A stretch of 64,000 nucleotides of DNA from Oceanispirochaeta sp. (GCA_963666275.2 CAXXOA010000002.1:384001-448000); one strand, 5' to 3'. Counted from the first letter of the stretch, positions 21,077 to 31,647 are shown. The notes: generated from the letters alone by a model not told the origin. Program-made: numbers and translations.

Positions 21077-23117
21077 AATACTCCCCCTTAACGGGGATTC
21101 TGATCCTGACAAGCAATCCCCGTGTCTCCTTTTTTTCAAACTCCAGATTTGTTCTGTACAGGGTGAGAAGCCTCTGGTTCACATTTTTAAGCCCTGTCCG
21201 GCTGTTGTTCAATAAACCCTCCAGCTCCACCTTTTCCGTGCCGTTATCGGAGATTTCAATAACAAGATCAGGCCGGCTGAACCGTATTTCCAGCTTCAGC
21301 TTGATCCTCCCTTCGGGATCCCCGCCGTACTTGATGCCGTTTTCGATAATAGGCTGCAGAAGCATAGGGGGAATCATCACTTCCATGGCGGAATCATCAA
21401 TGAGGTAATCCACATTCAGGCTGCTGCCGTGACGGATCCCTTCTATTTCCAGGTACTCTTTTATATGAAGGATCTCCTCGCTCAGGGGAACGGTCTTCCT
21501 TTTGGTGGAGATAAGAGAGTAACGGAACAGTCCCGCCAGTTTTTCCACCACTCCCACCGCGGTAGAGCTGTCGGTTTCTATGAAGTGGGCAATGGTATTG
21601 AGAGTATTGAAAAAGAAATGGGGATTGATCTGGGCCCGCAGAGCCCTCAGCTCCGCTTCTACAGCCTGGGCTTCCAGTTTTTCCCTTTCCCGGCCCATCC
21701 TGACCCGGATGGATTCATTGGAGAACAGAAGCAGTACCCCGTCGGGATCCCGCCCGTTGTCCGAAAGGGGACGGGCATTGAGCTTTACAGGAAGGACCTC
21801 GCCGCGGCAGGTGTACAGATCGCAATAGAAATCGGTCACAGCTTCACCGCAGAACATCTTTTCAATAAGCCGAGGATTCAAGGCGGAGAGCTGCCCCAGA
21901 GGATCGCACTGATCAAGGTCCTCCTGGGATTCCACCCCCACGAGATTCAGAAATCTATGATTGGTCTCCACGATACGTCTGTCCATTCCGAGTAGAAGGA
22001 TACCTTCATCGATAACTTCAAACATGCTGGTCAGAGTAGAGATCTTGTCGGCAATTTCCCGGGACATAAAGTTAAAACTCCTGGCAAGCACATCCTGGGG
22101 GGATTTCAGTGCAACCTCCATGCCGTACTGTCCATCCCTGATCCAGTCGGCTGTGACGGCAAACTCCTTCATATAGGCGGCGACCTCTTTCAGGGCGTTT
22201 CCCACAACACCCTGCCGGGGTAGATCCAGCAGGGAGGTTTCAATATGGCCTGTGGCAAGACGCCGGGCCAGACGGGAAAGATGGGTGTAATGGGTTATCA
22301 GGTCATCCACCGACTGCTCCAGCAGCAGCAGTTCATCCTCCGGATCGCTCCTCTGGGGTTCCACGCTTTTTCCTATAAACCCTTTCAGTTTTTTGCTGAG
22401 GTTCACAATGGGCAGAGAGAGAGCATTTGTAAAATGTCCTGTAATAAGAAACAGGCTGATCAGGAAGATTATAAAAAAGGCTATACTGAAAGAGTTCTGC
22501 AGAGCCTGAAGCCTGCTGTACTCCCGATCCATCAGCTGCAGGATCACGGCAAATAGATAGTTCATTGTATCGCTGTAGATGGGGAAGAATTCCACACCGT
22601 CGATATACTCTTTCAGTGCATAGGCGGAAAAAAGGTTCTCCGGATCCTCCCGGGAGATCAGCTCCATGTAGATGGGATACATCCTCTGCAGTCCCGGCTC
22701 CTGTATAAGAAGCTCTTCGATTCTCACAAATCCCTCGCTCTCCCGGATTTCCTCCAGGCGCTGAAGATTCACTATGGCCAGCTGCCAGACATGATTCAGA
22801 TTGGCCACGTATTCCTGAATATCCCGGCCGTAGAGGGATCCCTCTCCCGACTCCTCCACCAGGGCGGAGAGCCTTTCATTAAAGGTATCTTTATTGCGGC
22901 TGAACTTTCTGTAGGTCTCCCCGTCATTCCAGTTACTGACGGTTTCATTCATAAAGATAAGGATATCACCCCAGAGAATATTCACTTCCAGAAGGGCGTT
23001 TTTATCTTTCTCCATGGAGAGGCGGAAAGAACTCAGGAAAAAGGAAAGTGCCACATAGAAAAGAACGATGAGGATAACAATGATATAGGAGCGGAAAATC
23101 CTTCGCCGGATATTCAT
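21069..23117 (-). CDS. LytS/YpdA-type sensor histidine kinase with PAS-like region
   Basis: LRAQINPHFFFNTLNTI, LQPIIENGIKY, TGLKNVNQRL. Confidence 0.92.
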   Translation of the reverse strand: MNIRRRIFRSYIIVILIVLFYVALSFFLSSFRLSMEKDKNALLEVNILWGDILIFMNETVSNWNDGETYRKFSRNKDTFNERLSALVEESGEGSLYGRDIQEYVANLNHVWQLAIVNLQRLEEIRESEGFVRIEELLIQEPGLQRMYPIYMELISREDPENLFSAYALKEYIDGVEFFPIYSDTMNYLFAVILQLMDREYSRLQALQNSFSIAFFIIFLISLFLITGHFTNALSLPIVNLSKKLKGFIGKSVEPQRSDPEDELLLLEQSVDDLITHYTHLSRLARRLATGHIETSLLDLPRQGVVGNALKEVAAYMKEFAVTADWIRDGQYGMEVALKSPQDVLARSFNFMSREIADKISTLTSMFEVIDEGILLLGMDRRIVETNHRFLNLVGVESQEDLDQCDPLGQLSALNPRLIEKMFCGEAVTDFYCDLYTCRGEVLPVKLNARPLSDNGRDPDGVLLLFSNESIRVRMGREREKLEAQAVEAELRALRAQINPHFFFNTLNTIAHFIETDSSTAVGVVEKLAGLFRYSLISTKRKTVPLSEEILHIKEYLEIEGIRHGSSLNVDYLIDDSAMEVMIPPMLLQPIIENGIKYGGDPEGRIKLKLEIRFSRPDLVIEISDNGTEKVELEGLLNNSRTGLKNVNQRLLTLYRTNLEFEKKETRGLLVRIRIPVKGEYFD

Positions 23118-24442
23118 TCCTTCTCCTCCCTTTCCTCTTTCAGCTGCCGGTTCAGCAGCTCCGATGCTTTGAAGGCACTCTCTGTCAGACTGTCATTGAG
23201 GATGGATGCGGTGATGAGAGTACTGACTGATTCTCTGGCCCGGTTTATATCCAGAACCGGGGGATTCCAGTTGGTGACAGCGCTGTCATAACTGAGCAGA
23301 GAGGCATCGATCCACTCCCGGGAGAGCCCCTCGGAACTCTCTGCCAGATCTTCCCAGGCACTCCTTCTGGCTGCGGGGATCCCCTTGCGAAGGCCCTGCA
23401 GGGCAATATCCCTGCCTGTAGCCCATTGGATAAAGTACCAGGCGGCTTCTTTCCGGGAAGAGCCCGAATTGAGGGAGAGCCCCCATATGGAGGCATGGGG
23501 AACCGCACCGGCAGGACCCCGGGGGATCATGGCATAACCGACCTTCCCCACAACCTGGGAAACCTGAGAGTTCTCGTAATTGGACTTGAATACATTGGCG
23601 TCATAGATCATGGCGGCCCGTCCCTGCATAAACAGGGAAGTACTGCCGTACCAGTCATTGGATGGAGCGCTGGAGGGGCCGTAGAGCCTGAGAAGCCGCC
23701 CGTAGAATCGGGACGCTTCCAGCGACTCGGGCGAGTGAAGGGCCGCCCGGCCCCGGGAATCCAGCCAGTCTCCTCCGAAGGAGTGGACAAAGTCGATCCA
23801 CTGGCTTGTGGAAGCCCCCCTCTTTCCCCTCATGGTGATGCCGGAAATCTGACCCTCCGACTCCACATAGACTTTACGGGCAGCCTCCTCCAGCTGCTCC
23901 ATGGTATGGGGAACCTCGAGTCCGAACTGATCCAGGATCAATTTGTTGTAGGCCAGAAGGCTGGTCTCCATCATAATGGGAAGGACATAGGTTTTGCCCT
24001 GGCGGATTCCCGCATTCAGGGCGGTTACGATGATATCTTCCGGGTCATAACCGGGCCAGGAGAGACTCGTATTTCTCATTAGGGGAGTCAGATCGTCAGA
24101 CCAGCCTTCCTTTACATAGGAATCCAGGCTGTTTCCGGGCATCATCATAAAGACATCCACCCGGGAAACTCCGGAAAGCATCTCCACCATCCTTTTGATC
24201 CTGAACTGATCCTCCGGATAGACTTCGAGAGAGACCTCTATTCCGGTTATGGCAGTAAACTGGGATAGCCGGGGCTTGATCAGATCCACCCAGGGATGCT
24301 TGTTGGCCAGGACAACCAGTTTTTCTCCTTCAAACTGCCTCAGCCCCGTCTTGTCGGTAACGGACGGACTCTCCTTCCAGCCGCAGCCTGCCAGCAGAAG
24401 AAGAGCCAGTATCAGGATAAGATTTTGTCGGAGTCGTAACAT
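23114..24442 (-). CDS. Sugar-type solute-binding lipoprotein
   Basis: Lipobox LAGC, LAYNK, KEAAWYFIQWAT; 4-nt overlap with the kinase. Confidence 0.87.
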   Translation of the reverse strand: MLRLRQNLILILALLLLAGCGWKESPSVTDKTGLRQFEGEKLVVLANKHPWVDLIKPRLSQFTAITGIEVSLEVYPEDQFRIKRMVEMLSGVSRVDVFMMMPGNSLDSYVKEGWSDDLTPLMRNTSLSWPGYDPEDIIVTALNAGIRQGKTYVLPIMMETSLLAYNKLILDQFGLEVPHTMEQLEEAARKVYVESEGQISGITMRGKRGASTSQWIDFVHSFGGDWLDSRGRAALHSPESLEASRFYGRLLRLYGPSSAPSNDWYGSTSLFMQGRAAMIYDANVFKSNYENSQVSQVVGKVGYAMIPRGPAGAVPHASIWGLSLNSGSSRKEAAWYFIQWATGRDIALQGLRKGIPAARRSAWEDLAESSEGLSREWIDASLLSYDSAVTNWNPPVLDINRARESVSTLITASILNDSLTESAFKASELLNRQLKEEREEKE

Positions 24443-24498
24443 AATAATCTGCCTCTCTCGGAAGAGAGGATTATACCACCTTTCCGGGATTAGGGTGA

Positions 24499-25776
24499 CT
24501 AAAACAGGTTCGGTATAAACATAACCAGACCGGGAAAGAAGATCAGCAGAACAAGAACAAACAGCAGGGCTCCCAGAAAAGGAAGGAGCTGTTTCACCAG
24601 CTGCTCCATCTTTACATTGGCCACACCCGACGCCACGTAGAGCACTGTTCCCACCGGAGGAGTGACAAGTCCGATCCCCAGGTTAATACTCATTATAACA
24701 CCAAAATAGACAGGATCGATGCCGACTTCCATCATAACCGGTGTCAGAATAGGCGCCAGGATCAGAATCGCCGGCGTCAGATCCATGACAAAGCCGATCA
24801 GAAACAGAAGGAAGTTGCACAGCAGCAGGATCAGTATTTTTGAGTCTGTCAGCCCTGTGAGAAGATCAGCCAGAGAGGCGGGAACCCTTGCCCTGGTCAG
24901 CAGCCAGGCGGAAACCATGGCCATACCGCAGAGAAACAGCACAATCGCGGTGGTCTTTGCCGTAGACAGAAGGATCCTCGGAAGATCCCGCAGGGTAATC
25001 TGTTTGTAATAGAACAGCCCCAGAAGCAGGGACACCACAGCGGCCACAGCTCCGGCCTCGGTTGCGGTAAAGATTCCTCCCAGGATTCCCCCTACGATGA
25101 TGACGGGAAGAGTCAGGGCCGGCCAGACTTCCTTCAGGGCCTTCCAGACAGCGTGCATGGAAAAGGAGTTTCCCTGGTGGCTGTTTCCATAGCCATGCCT
25201 CCTGCTTGTAAAGTAGGTAACCACCATCAGAGCCAGACCGACGATGATCCCCGGGATGATCCCCCCCAGGAAAAGTTTGGCAATAGAGGTACTTGTAACA
25301 ATACCGAAAAGGATAAAGGGGATACTGGGAGGGATAATAATCCCGATCACAGCGGAGCTTGCTGTTACGGCAGCGGAATAGGAGGGCGGGTATTTCTGCT
25401 CCACCATGGGAGGAACCATCAGGCCTCCGATCGCTGCAGTATCGGCTATGGCCGAACCGCTGATACCGCCGAAAAACATACTGGCAAGTATATTCACATG
25501 CCCCAGGCCTCCGGTGATATGACCCACAAAAGCATCGGCCAGTTTAACGAGCTTTTTGGCTATACCGCCGTAATTCATAACCTCTCCCACAAACATAAAG
25601 AAGGGGATGGCCAGAAGGGGAAAACTATTCATTCCTGAAATCATCCGGCTGGGCAGTACCGTCATGGGCAGATCCATTAGAAAAAGCATGACAAGGTTAG
25701 CCAGACCCAGAGAAAAAACCACCGGAATGCCTATCGCAACCGAGGCAAATAGTATTAATAGAAAAATCCAAAGCAT
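24499..25776 (-). CDS. dctM: TRAP transporter large permease
   Basis: FPLLAIPFF, GGISGSAIAD, IIPPSI, TATEA, TPPVG. Confidence 0.95.
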   Translation of the reverse strand: MLWIFLLILFASVAIGIPVVFSLGLANLVMLFLMDLPMTVLPSRMISGMNSFPLLAIPFFMFVGEVMNYGGIAKKLVKLADAFVGHITGGLGHVNILASMFFGGISGSAIADTAAIGGLMVPPMVEQKYPPSYSAAVTASSAVIGIIIPPSIPFILFGIVTSTSIAKLFLGGIIPGIIVGLALMVVTYFTSRRHGYGNSHQGNSFSMHAVWKALKEVWPALTLPVIIVGGILGGIFTATEAGAVAAVVSLLLGLFYYKQITLRDLPRILLSTAKTTAIVLFLCGMAMVSAWLLTRARVPASLADLLTGLTDSKILILLLCNFLLFLIGFVMDLTPAILILAPILTPVMMEVGIDPVYFGVIMSINLGIGLVTPPVGTVLYVASGVANVKMEQLVKQLLPFLGALLFVLVLLIFFPGLVMFIPNLF

Positions 25777-25785
25777 AATAATATC

Positions 25786-26289
25786 CTACTCAATTGAGGT
25801 AATAGAATTTTCGTGAAATTCATCGCTTGTAAAAAGGGATACAAGCTTGCCCAGGCCGATCACAAGCATCATAAAGCCGCAGACCGGTACAATCATATAG
25901 ACAAAAGACATGGGAATCGAAAGGGCCGGTGAAACATTCATCACTGTCAGTGAAGCCTGATATCCGTACCATGTAATGAAACCCAGCAGTATGTTTATCA
26001 GGATAAAGCGGAAAATGGCCATCAAACGGCGAATGCTCCTGGATTCAATCTTCTCCACCAGAAAATTCAGCCCCACGTGCTCATCATTTTTAAAGGTAAT
26101 CACAGCTCCCAGAAAGGCCGTCCAGATAAAAAGGAAGCGGGACAGTTCATCCGCCCAGCCTACGGACTGGTTGATAACGAAGCGCATGAAAACATTGTAG
26201 GTAACAGTCAGAAACATGGAAACTGTCAGAAGAATCAGCAATGAGTTATAGAGACTTTCCAGGTTTTGAAAAAAGCGTTTTGCTTTCAT
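25786..26289 (-). CDS. dctQ: TRAP transporter small permease
   Basis: Four TM helices, WADELSRFLFIW motif. Confidence 0.92.
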   Translation of the reverse strand: MKAKRFFQNLESLYNSLLILLTVSMFLTVTYNVFMRFVINQSVGWADELSRFLFIWTAFLGAVITFKNDEHVGLNFLVEKIESRSIRRLMAIFRFILINILLGFITWYGYQASLTVMNVSPALSIPMSFVYMIVPVCGFMMLVIGLGKLVSLFTSDEFHENSITSIE

Positions 26290-26385
26290 CTTTTTTTAAC
26301 TCCTTAAAGAAATGGCCGGCCTGCGTGTTCATATCCCCGGAGAACCGGCCATTGTGTCAAAGGGCTCTTACAGCTTCTTCAACCC

Positions 26386-27393
26386 CTAGAAATTGTCAAT
26401 TTCCGACAGAACACTGTCGATCAGATCCTGACCGATCACATCGGAATATTTGTCATACACAGGACGGACAGTGGCCTGAAAAGCCGCTCTCTGCTGGGGA
26501 GTCAGGACTGTCACAGTCATAACGTCTTTGAGTTTTTCCATGTACTCTTTGTTGTAGCTCCGGTTGAGTTCCCTGTTTTTGTCTCTCGAGGCTTTGGCCG
26601 CATCCATGACAACTTTCTGAAGATCAGAGGGAAGATCATCCCAGAACTTCTGGGCAATCATAAGAACAAAGGGAGAGTAGACATGTCCGGTGTCAGTGGC
26701 AAAGCCCTGGACTTCGGGGAAATTCTGAAGATAGATGGTTCCCCAGGGGTTTTCCTGACCATCCACAACGCCCTGCTGCATAGCGGAAAAAAGTTCTCCG
26801 AAAGCCATAGGGGTCGGATTGGCGCCCATGGCTCTCCAGGCATCCAGGTGCATGGGGTTTTCCATGGTTCTGACTTTCATACCTTTCACGTCTTCAGGAC
26901 TGCTGACGGCTTTCACACTGTTTGTCAGGTTTCTGTATCCGTTTTCCCAGTAGACAAGCCCTTTGATTCCGATAGCCGAAAGTTTATCCAGAAGATCCTG
27001 TCCGACTTCTCCGTCCAGAACATAGTCTGCCGCTTCGTTGGAAGGAAAGAGGAAGGGCAGGTCAAACACACCATACTGGGGAATAAAAGGAACAATCGGT
27101 GCTGTAGAAGGACAGGTCATCTCCTGCTCTCCCCTCTGCAGGGCTTCCATCATCTCCCTGTCATCACCCAGCTGACTGGAGTGATACAGCTCTACAGTGA
27201 TCCTTCCCTGGCTGTTTTTTTCCACCATTTCCTTGAAGAACTCCAGAGCTTCGTACTGGGCGGATTTGTCGTTGAGACCGATTCCGGCAGTAATCTTATA
27301 AGTCTCCTGGCTCCCTTTGTCTCCCTGCCCATTGGCAAAAACGCCAAATGTCAGAACGGTTAAAACGATCAATAAAACGAGAATCTTTTTCAT
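26386..27393 (-). CDS. dctP: TRAP substrate-binding protein
   Basis: ENGYRN, KGMKVRT, QQGVVDGQENP; GGAGG RBS before ATG 27393. Confidence 0.95.
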   Translation of the reverse strand: MKKILVLLIVLTVLTFGVFANGQGDKGSQETYKITAGIGLNDKSAQYEALEFFKEMVEKNSQGRITVELYHSSQLGDDREMMEALQRGEQEMTCPSTAPIVPFIPQYGVFDLPFLFPSNEAADYVLDGEVGQDLLDKLSAIGIKGLVYWENGYRNLTNSVKAVSSPEDVKGMKVRTMENPMHLDAWRAMGANPTPMAFGELFSAMQQGVVDGQENPWGTIYLQNFPEVQGFATDTGHVYSPFVLMIAQKFWDDLPSDLQKVVMDAAKASRDKNRELNRSYNKEYMEKLKDVMTVTVLTPQQRAAFQATVRPVYDKYSDVIGQDLIDSVLSEIDNF

Positions 27394-27593
27394 GATTCCT
27401 CCTTTTGAAAAAATGAAATATGCCTTAATTATCCCCAGCCGAAAATTCCCCGCAATCAAATTCCTGCCAACAGCCATATGAAGGATTAAGCGGTAATATG
27501 CCCCCTTAAAGGGCTGTACTTCCATCTGCTTTTTTGGCAGTTCAATTGAATAAAGATCCTTTCAGGCATTGAAAAAAAGGATTACAATGACCC

Positions 27594-28931
27594 ATGAACT
27601 CCCCGAAATGGTTTGAAAACGCCCGCATTTACCACATCTACCCTCTCGGTTTTACCGGTGCTCCCGAAATAAATGACTTCCAGTCTCACCCGGAATCCCG
27701 GATAGACAGGGTCAGAGAGATCCTGGATCACATAAGGTCCATGGGACTGAATACGATCTACTTTGGCCCTGTATTTGAATCAGTCAGCCATGGGTACGAC
27801 ACGGCGGACTATACCTGTATAGACAGAAGGCTCGGAACAAACGCCTCCTTCCGCCAGCTGGTGGATGATCTTCATAAGCAGGGAGTCCGGGTGGTTCTTG
27901 ACGGCGTGTTCAACCACGTGGGCCGGGAGTTTCAGCCCTTTCGGGATTTGAGAGAAAGAGGGAAAGACAGCCCCTTTATCGACTGGTTCGAAGAGGTGAA
28001 TTTTGAAGAGGACAATGTTTTTCATGACGGCTTCAGCTACAAAGGCTGGGAAGGCCATCTGGAACTTGTCTCACTGAATTTGAAAAACCCTGAAGTGAAG
28101 TCCTATCTTCTGGACTGTGTCAGAATGATGATGGAAGATCTGCAGATAGACGGACTGCGTCTGGATGTGGCCTACCTTCTGAACAGAGATTTTATTGCCG
28201 AACTGGCCCGGTTCTGCCGCTCCCTTAAAGAGGATTTCTGGCTCATGGGGGAGATTATCCACGGAGACTACAATGAGATCGCCGGGCCGGACCTGCTGGA
28301 TTCGGCTACAAACTATGAGTGCTACAAAGGGCTCTACTCCAGCCATAACGACTACAATCTGCACGAAATCGCCTGGTCCCTGAATCGGCAGTTCGGTGAT
28401 CAGGGAATCTACAGGGATCTGAAGCTCTATAACTTCCTGGACAACCACGATGTGGACAGGATAGCTTCGGTTCTTGAAAATCCAGGCCAGCTGCCCGCCC
28501 TTTATGCCCTTCTGTTCATGATGCCCGGAATCCCTTCGGTCTACTACGGATCCGAATGGCTGTACCGGGGTAAGAGGACCGGCTATGACGACAAAGCCCT
28601 GCGTCCCTCCATCGATGACATTCCGAAAGAGGACAGGTCTCTGGTGGATCAGATACGCCTTTTCTCCCATATCCGGGAGGAGCATAAATCCCTCTCTCTG
28701 GGTAAGTTCACTCCACTTGAAACAGAGTCGGAACAGATGATGTTTGCCAGACAGCACAAAGAGGAGACCCTTGTTTTTGCCATGAATATCTGCGGCTCCC
28801 GGGTTCTGATTCCTCAAAACCACTTCGACTGCCTGGAAAACCTTTTCGACCCGAGAGAAATGATCCCCCGGCAGGGGCAGTTCGAACTGTATCCCTACGG
28901 ATGGAAAATATTTAAATATCCCTGTTCCTGA
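27594..28931 (+). CDS. GH13 alpha-amylase-family glycosidase (cyclomaltodextrinase/neopullulanase-like)
   Basis: HGYDT, DGVFNH, GLRLDVA, MGEII, FLDNHD. Confidence 0.9.
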   Translation: MNSPKWFENARIYHIYPLGFTGAPEINDFQSHPESRIDRVREILDHIRSMGLNTIYFGPVFESVSHGYDTADYTCIDRRLGTNASFRQLVDDLHKQGVRVVLDGVFNHVGREFQPFRDLRERGKDSPFIDWFEEVNFEEDNVFHDGFSYKGWEGHLELVSLNLKNPEVKSYLLDCVRMMMEDLQIDGLRLDVAYLLNRDFIAELARFCRSLKEDFWLMGEIIHGDYNEIAGPDLLDSATNYECYKGLYSSHNDYNLHEIAWSLNRQFGDQGIYRDLKLYNFLDNHDVDRIASVLENPGQLPALYALLFMMPGIPSVYYGSEWLYRGKRTGYDDKALRPSIDDIPKEDRSLVDQIRLFSHIREEHKSLSLGKFTPLETESEQMMFARQHKEETLVFAMNICGSRVLIPQNHFDCLENLFDPREMIPRQGQFELYPYGWKIFKYPCS

Positions 28932-29011
28932 CACCCTGGCTGTTTACCATCGTTTTTCTCTTCAGCTATAATTCCCCGAATTCAAATATTTGCTGTCAAA
29001 AAGGAAAAACA

Positions 29012-29569
29012 ATGAGTGACAACATGACAATTACTGACAGAACAGCCAACCCCGCTCCCCTGGGACTGATGGGTTTTGGTATGACAACAGTTCTGCTGAA
29101 CCTGCACAACGCGGGATTCTTCCCCCTGGATGCGATGATTCTGGGTATGGGAATTTTCTACGGAGGCCTGGCTCAGGTTATTGCGGGAATAATGGAATGG
29201 AAGAAGGGCAATACCTTCGGAACAACAGCTTTTACTTCTTACGGATTTTTCTGGCTCTCTCTGGTAGCCCTGAAAACCCTTCCAGCCATGGGACTGGCGG
29301 TAGCTCCGGGAATACCGGCTATGGCATCCTATCTGATTATGTGGGGAATTTTTACAGGAGTCCTTTTCGTGGGAACCTTGAAACTCAGCCGGGAACTGCA
29401 GGTAGTATTCGGGACTCTGACTCTCCTGTTCTTTCTCCTGGCTCTGGGAGATATCACAGAGAATCATGGCATAAAGACTTTTACAGGTTTTGAAGGGATA
29501 CTCTGCGGACTCTCTGCCATCTATGCCGGTCTTTCTCAGGTAATAAAAGAACTTTACAGCAAAAAGTAA
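29012..29569 (+). CDS. satP: Acetate/succinate transporter, GPR1/FUN34/YaaH family
   Basis: [31 protein letters not shown]. Confidence 0.93.
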   Translation: MSDNMTITDRTANPAPLGLMGFGMTTVLLNLHNAGFFPLDAMILGMGIFYGGLAQVIAGIMEWKKGNTFGTTAFTSYGFFWLSLVALKTLPAMGLAVAPGIPAMASYLIMWGIFTGVLFVGTLKLSRELQVVFGTLTLLFFLLALGDITENHGIKTFTGFEGILCGLSAIYAGLSQVIKELYSKK

Positions 29570-29587
29570 GGGATATCTTTTTAAATG

Positions 29588-29621
29588 AAAAAGGCTTCGA
29601 CCGGTGTCGAAGCCTTTTTTT
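29588..29621. terminator. Bidirectional intrinsic terminator
   Basis: aaaaaggcttcgac-cggt-gtcgaagccttttt between convergent genes. Confidence 0.85.
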
Positions 29622-29622
29622 A

Positions 29623-31371
29623 TCAGGGGATTCCTATTCTGTGCACCGGGAACAACCGGAATATAACAAAACCTTCTATCCCCGATTCATCGATGGTAAT
29701 GGGATGAAGAAGGGAGCGGTAAACCAGGGAACTTTCTTCCTCTTTGATGAAGAACCTGTCTTCCGAGTGGAGGCCGTGGCGGAGATCCACAGAATTGTAT
29801 CTGTTGTCTCCCATCAGAAAGTAGTGGTCTTTCTGGATCAGGGCATTCTCAGGGAAGGGAGGCAGGTTTCTGAAATCATAGTACCGTATCAGGTATTTCA
29901 TGAATTCCCCCAGAGCCTCTTCCTGTTCGGCGATTGAGTCCTGCAGAGTAGTCAGGTCGTTATCGCTTCCGTTAATAAGGAACTCCAGGTATTCCAGATT
30001 TATAACCATCCACCGGCTTACCAGAGATTTGTACATCAGGTCTGTTTTAACAGAAATCTCCCGAAACATATCGTTCCTTCCGGGGTCTATATCCTTGGTA
30101 AGAAAACCCCAGCCTTCCATCCACAGGACAGAGTCGTCCATATTATAGAGGAAGTGAATCTGGTCCTCCCTCAGATACTCTACCTTCTGAAAAGGATGAA
30201 AATCTCTACTGACCGAAAGAGCTGCTGTATTCAGGCCGTTATACTGTCCCCGGAGGCCGCCTTTCACAGCATCCAGATGGTCCTGAACAAGCCGGGACCG
30301 GATAACATCGGCCTGAGATGCATACTCCCTGATCTGCCTTTCTGTCTCAATGATATTCAGGCCGGCAATTTTATCATCCCACTTGGTCAGAACATCCCGC
30401 ATGGTTTTATCTATGGGCAGATACCGAAGCTTCTCCAAAGTTTCATCGGGCAGTTCATACAGATCTGTTTCGGAGTGAATATTCTCTTCCAGAACTTCAA
30501 AATCACTATTCAGATCCCGTCGCACATAGATAACATCGTTGATGATCTGAAGCTGTTCACCCTCAACTCCCACGACCCTTTTTACAAGAGGATCGGCCTT
30601 TTCGTTGCCGAATTCGTCATACCGGTCCAGGTTTACCCCTGTAAAAGTCACCATATAGAGAAACTGGGAGAAAAGGTGCTTCAGTTCGCTCTCGACTGTT
30701 TTCTCGTATTTGGGATTCCTGAAGGTAACGATGTCACCTCTCTCGATCTTTTTCAGAGCGGGAATCCGGAATCTTGTAAAAGGAAGAGAGGGACCTCTTG
30801 TGATTTTATCAACCACCGGTCTGTCTTTGATCAGAAAGACAGGGTACATGGACTCCGAGGGGATACTGTAGATCTGAAACAGAAAAATATTGATCACAAG
30901 AACAAAGATCACCGCAGAAAGGAGGGCGTCGATCCAGCTGAACACTTCAACCACAGGATGCTTTTTCTTCTTCTCCGATGCTTTTTCAATTTTCTTCAGC
31001 TCCCGGGAGTAGATGAAAATCTGATAGGCATTAAAGAGCAGAACAGCCAGGAGAAGAAGTTCCAGAAGGAAAGGAGCACCCAGCACCTCCGGATCCGTTG
31101 AGATCATGGAAGCCTTCATACAGTAGGACATATAAAAAATAAATGTCGAAAAAAGAAGGTAGCTGTTATAGATCCTCAGAAGTCTATAGGAGAAATTCCT
31201 GGACAGATAGAAAAAGAAGAATATATTTCCTGACAAAACAAGGGCTGAAATAAGGACATAAACCGTCGCTTTCGATGAGGGATCCATTTTCCAGGAAAAT
31301 AACACCTGTATAAGGAAATAGAGTATGGTGCTTACAGCCAGTAAACGGCTGTATTTATTGAAGTTCTGCAT
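29623..31371 (-). CDS. lepB: Signal peptidase I with multi-TM N-terminus and large insertion
   Basis: IPSESM (Ser), LVKRVVG (Lys), MGDNRYNSVDLR; start uncertain. Confidence 0.85.
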   Translation of the reverse strand: MQNFNKYSRLLAVSTILYFLIQVLFSWKMDPSSKATVYVLISALVLSGNIFFFFYLSRNFSYRLLRIYNSYLLFSTFIFYMSYCMKASMISTDPEVLGAPFLLELLLLAVLLFNAYQIFIYSRELKKIEKASEKKKKHPVVEVFSWIDALLSAVIFVLVINIFLFQIYSIPSESMYPVFLIKDRPVVDKITRGPSLPFTRFRIPALKKIERGDIVTFRNPKYEKTVESELKHLFSQFLYMVTFTGVNLDRYDEFGNEKADPLVKRVVGVEGEQLQIINDVIYVRRDLNSDFEVLEENIHSETDLYELPDETLEKLRYLPIDKTMRDVLTKWDDKIAGLNIIETERQIREYASQADVIRSRLVQDHLDAVKGGLRGQYNGLNTAALSVSRDFHPFQKVEYLREDQIHFLYNMDDSVLWMEGWGFLTKDIDPGRNDMFREISVKTDLMYKSLVSRWMVINLEYLEFLINGSDNDLTTLQDSIAEQEEALGEFMKYLIRYYDFRNLPPFPENALIQKDHYFLMGDNRYNSVDLRHGLHSEDRFFIKEEESSLVYRSLLHPITIDESGIEGFVIFRLFPVHRIGIP

Positions 31372-31465
31372 GATTTCCAGAATATGTGAAATTCCCTGTT
31401 TCTTGCAAGCTGAAAAAGATGAAATAACAGGGTCTATTGAATTTTTATCACCCGCCTGAGCCATA

Positions 31466-31494
31466 TTGACAGATTTCCGCTATTTCGCTAATAT
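31466..31494 (+). promoter_or_regulatory. Sigma-70 promoter of tRNA-Leu copy 2
   Basis: TTGACA-N17-TAATAT. Confidence 0.8.
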
Positions 31495-31509
31495 CCTCGA
31501 GTACCAATT

Positions 31510-31593
31510 GCCTGGATGGTGAAATTGGTAGACACGCTAGTTTCAGGGACTAGTGCTCGCAAGGGCGTGGAGGTTCGAGTCCTCTTCCAGGCA
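31510..31593 (+). tRNA. tRNA-Leu(CAG), copy 2, identical to 11478-11561
   Basis: Same 84-nt cloverleaf sequence. Confidence 0.97.
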
Positions 31594-31629
31594 AAAAGAT
31601 CCAATCTAACCGATTGGGTCTTTTTTTTT
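31594..31629 (+). terminator. Intrinsic terminator after tRNA copy 2
   Basis: aaaagatccaatc-taacc-gattgggtctttt followed by a T-run. Confidence 0.85.
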
Positions 31630-31647
31630 GCTTACGTATACAAAAAA

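Noticed and set aside
11562..31509. Prophage or ICE between the tRNA copies
   Set aside because: No integrase, relaxase, conjugation or phage genes recognised.
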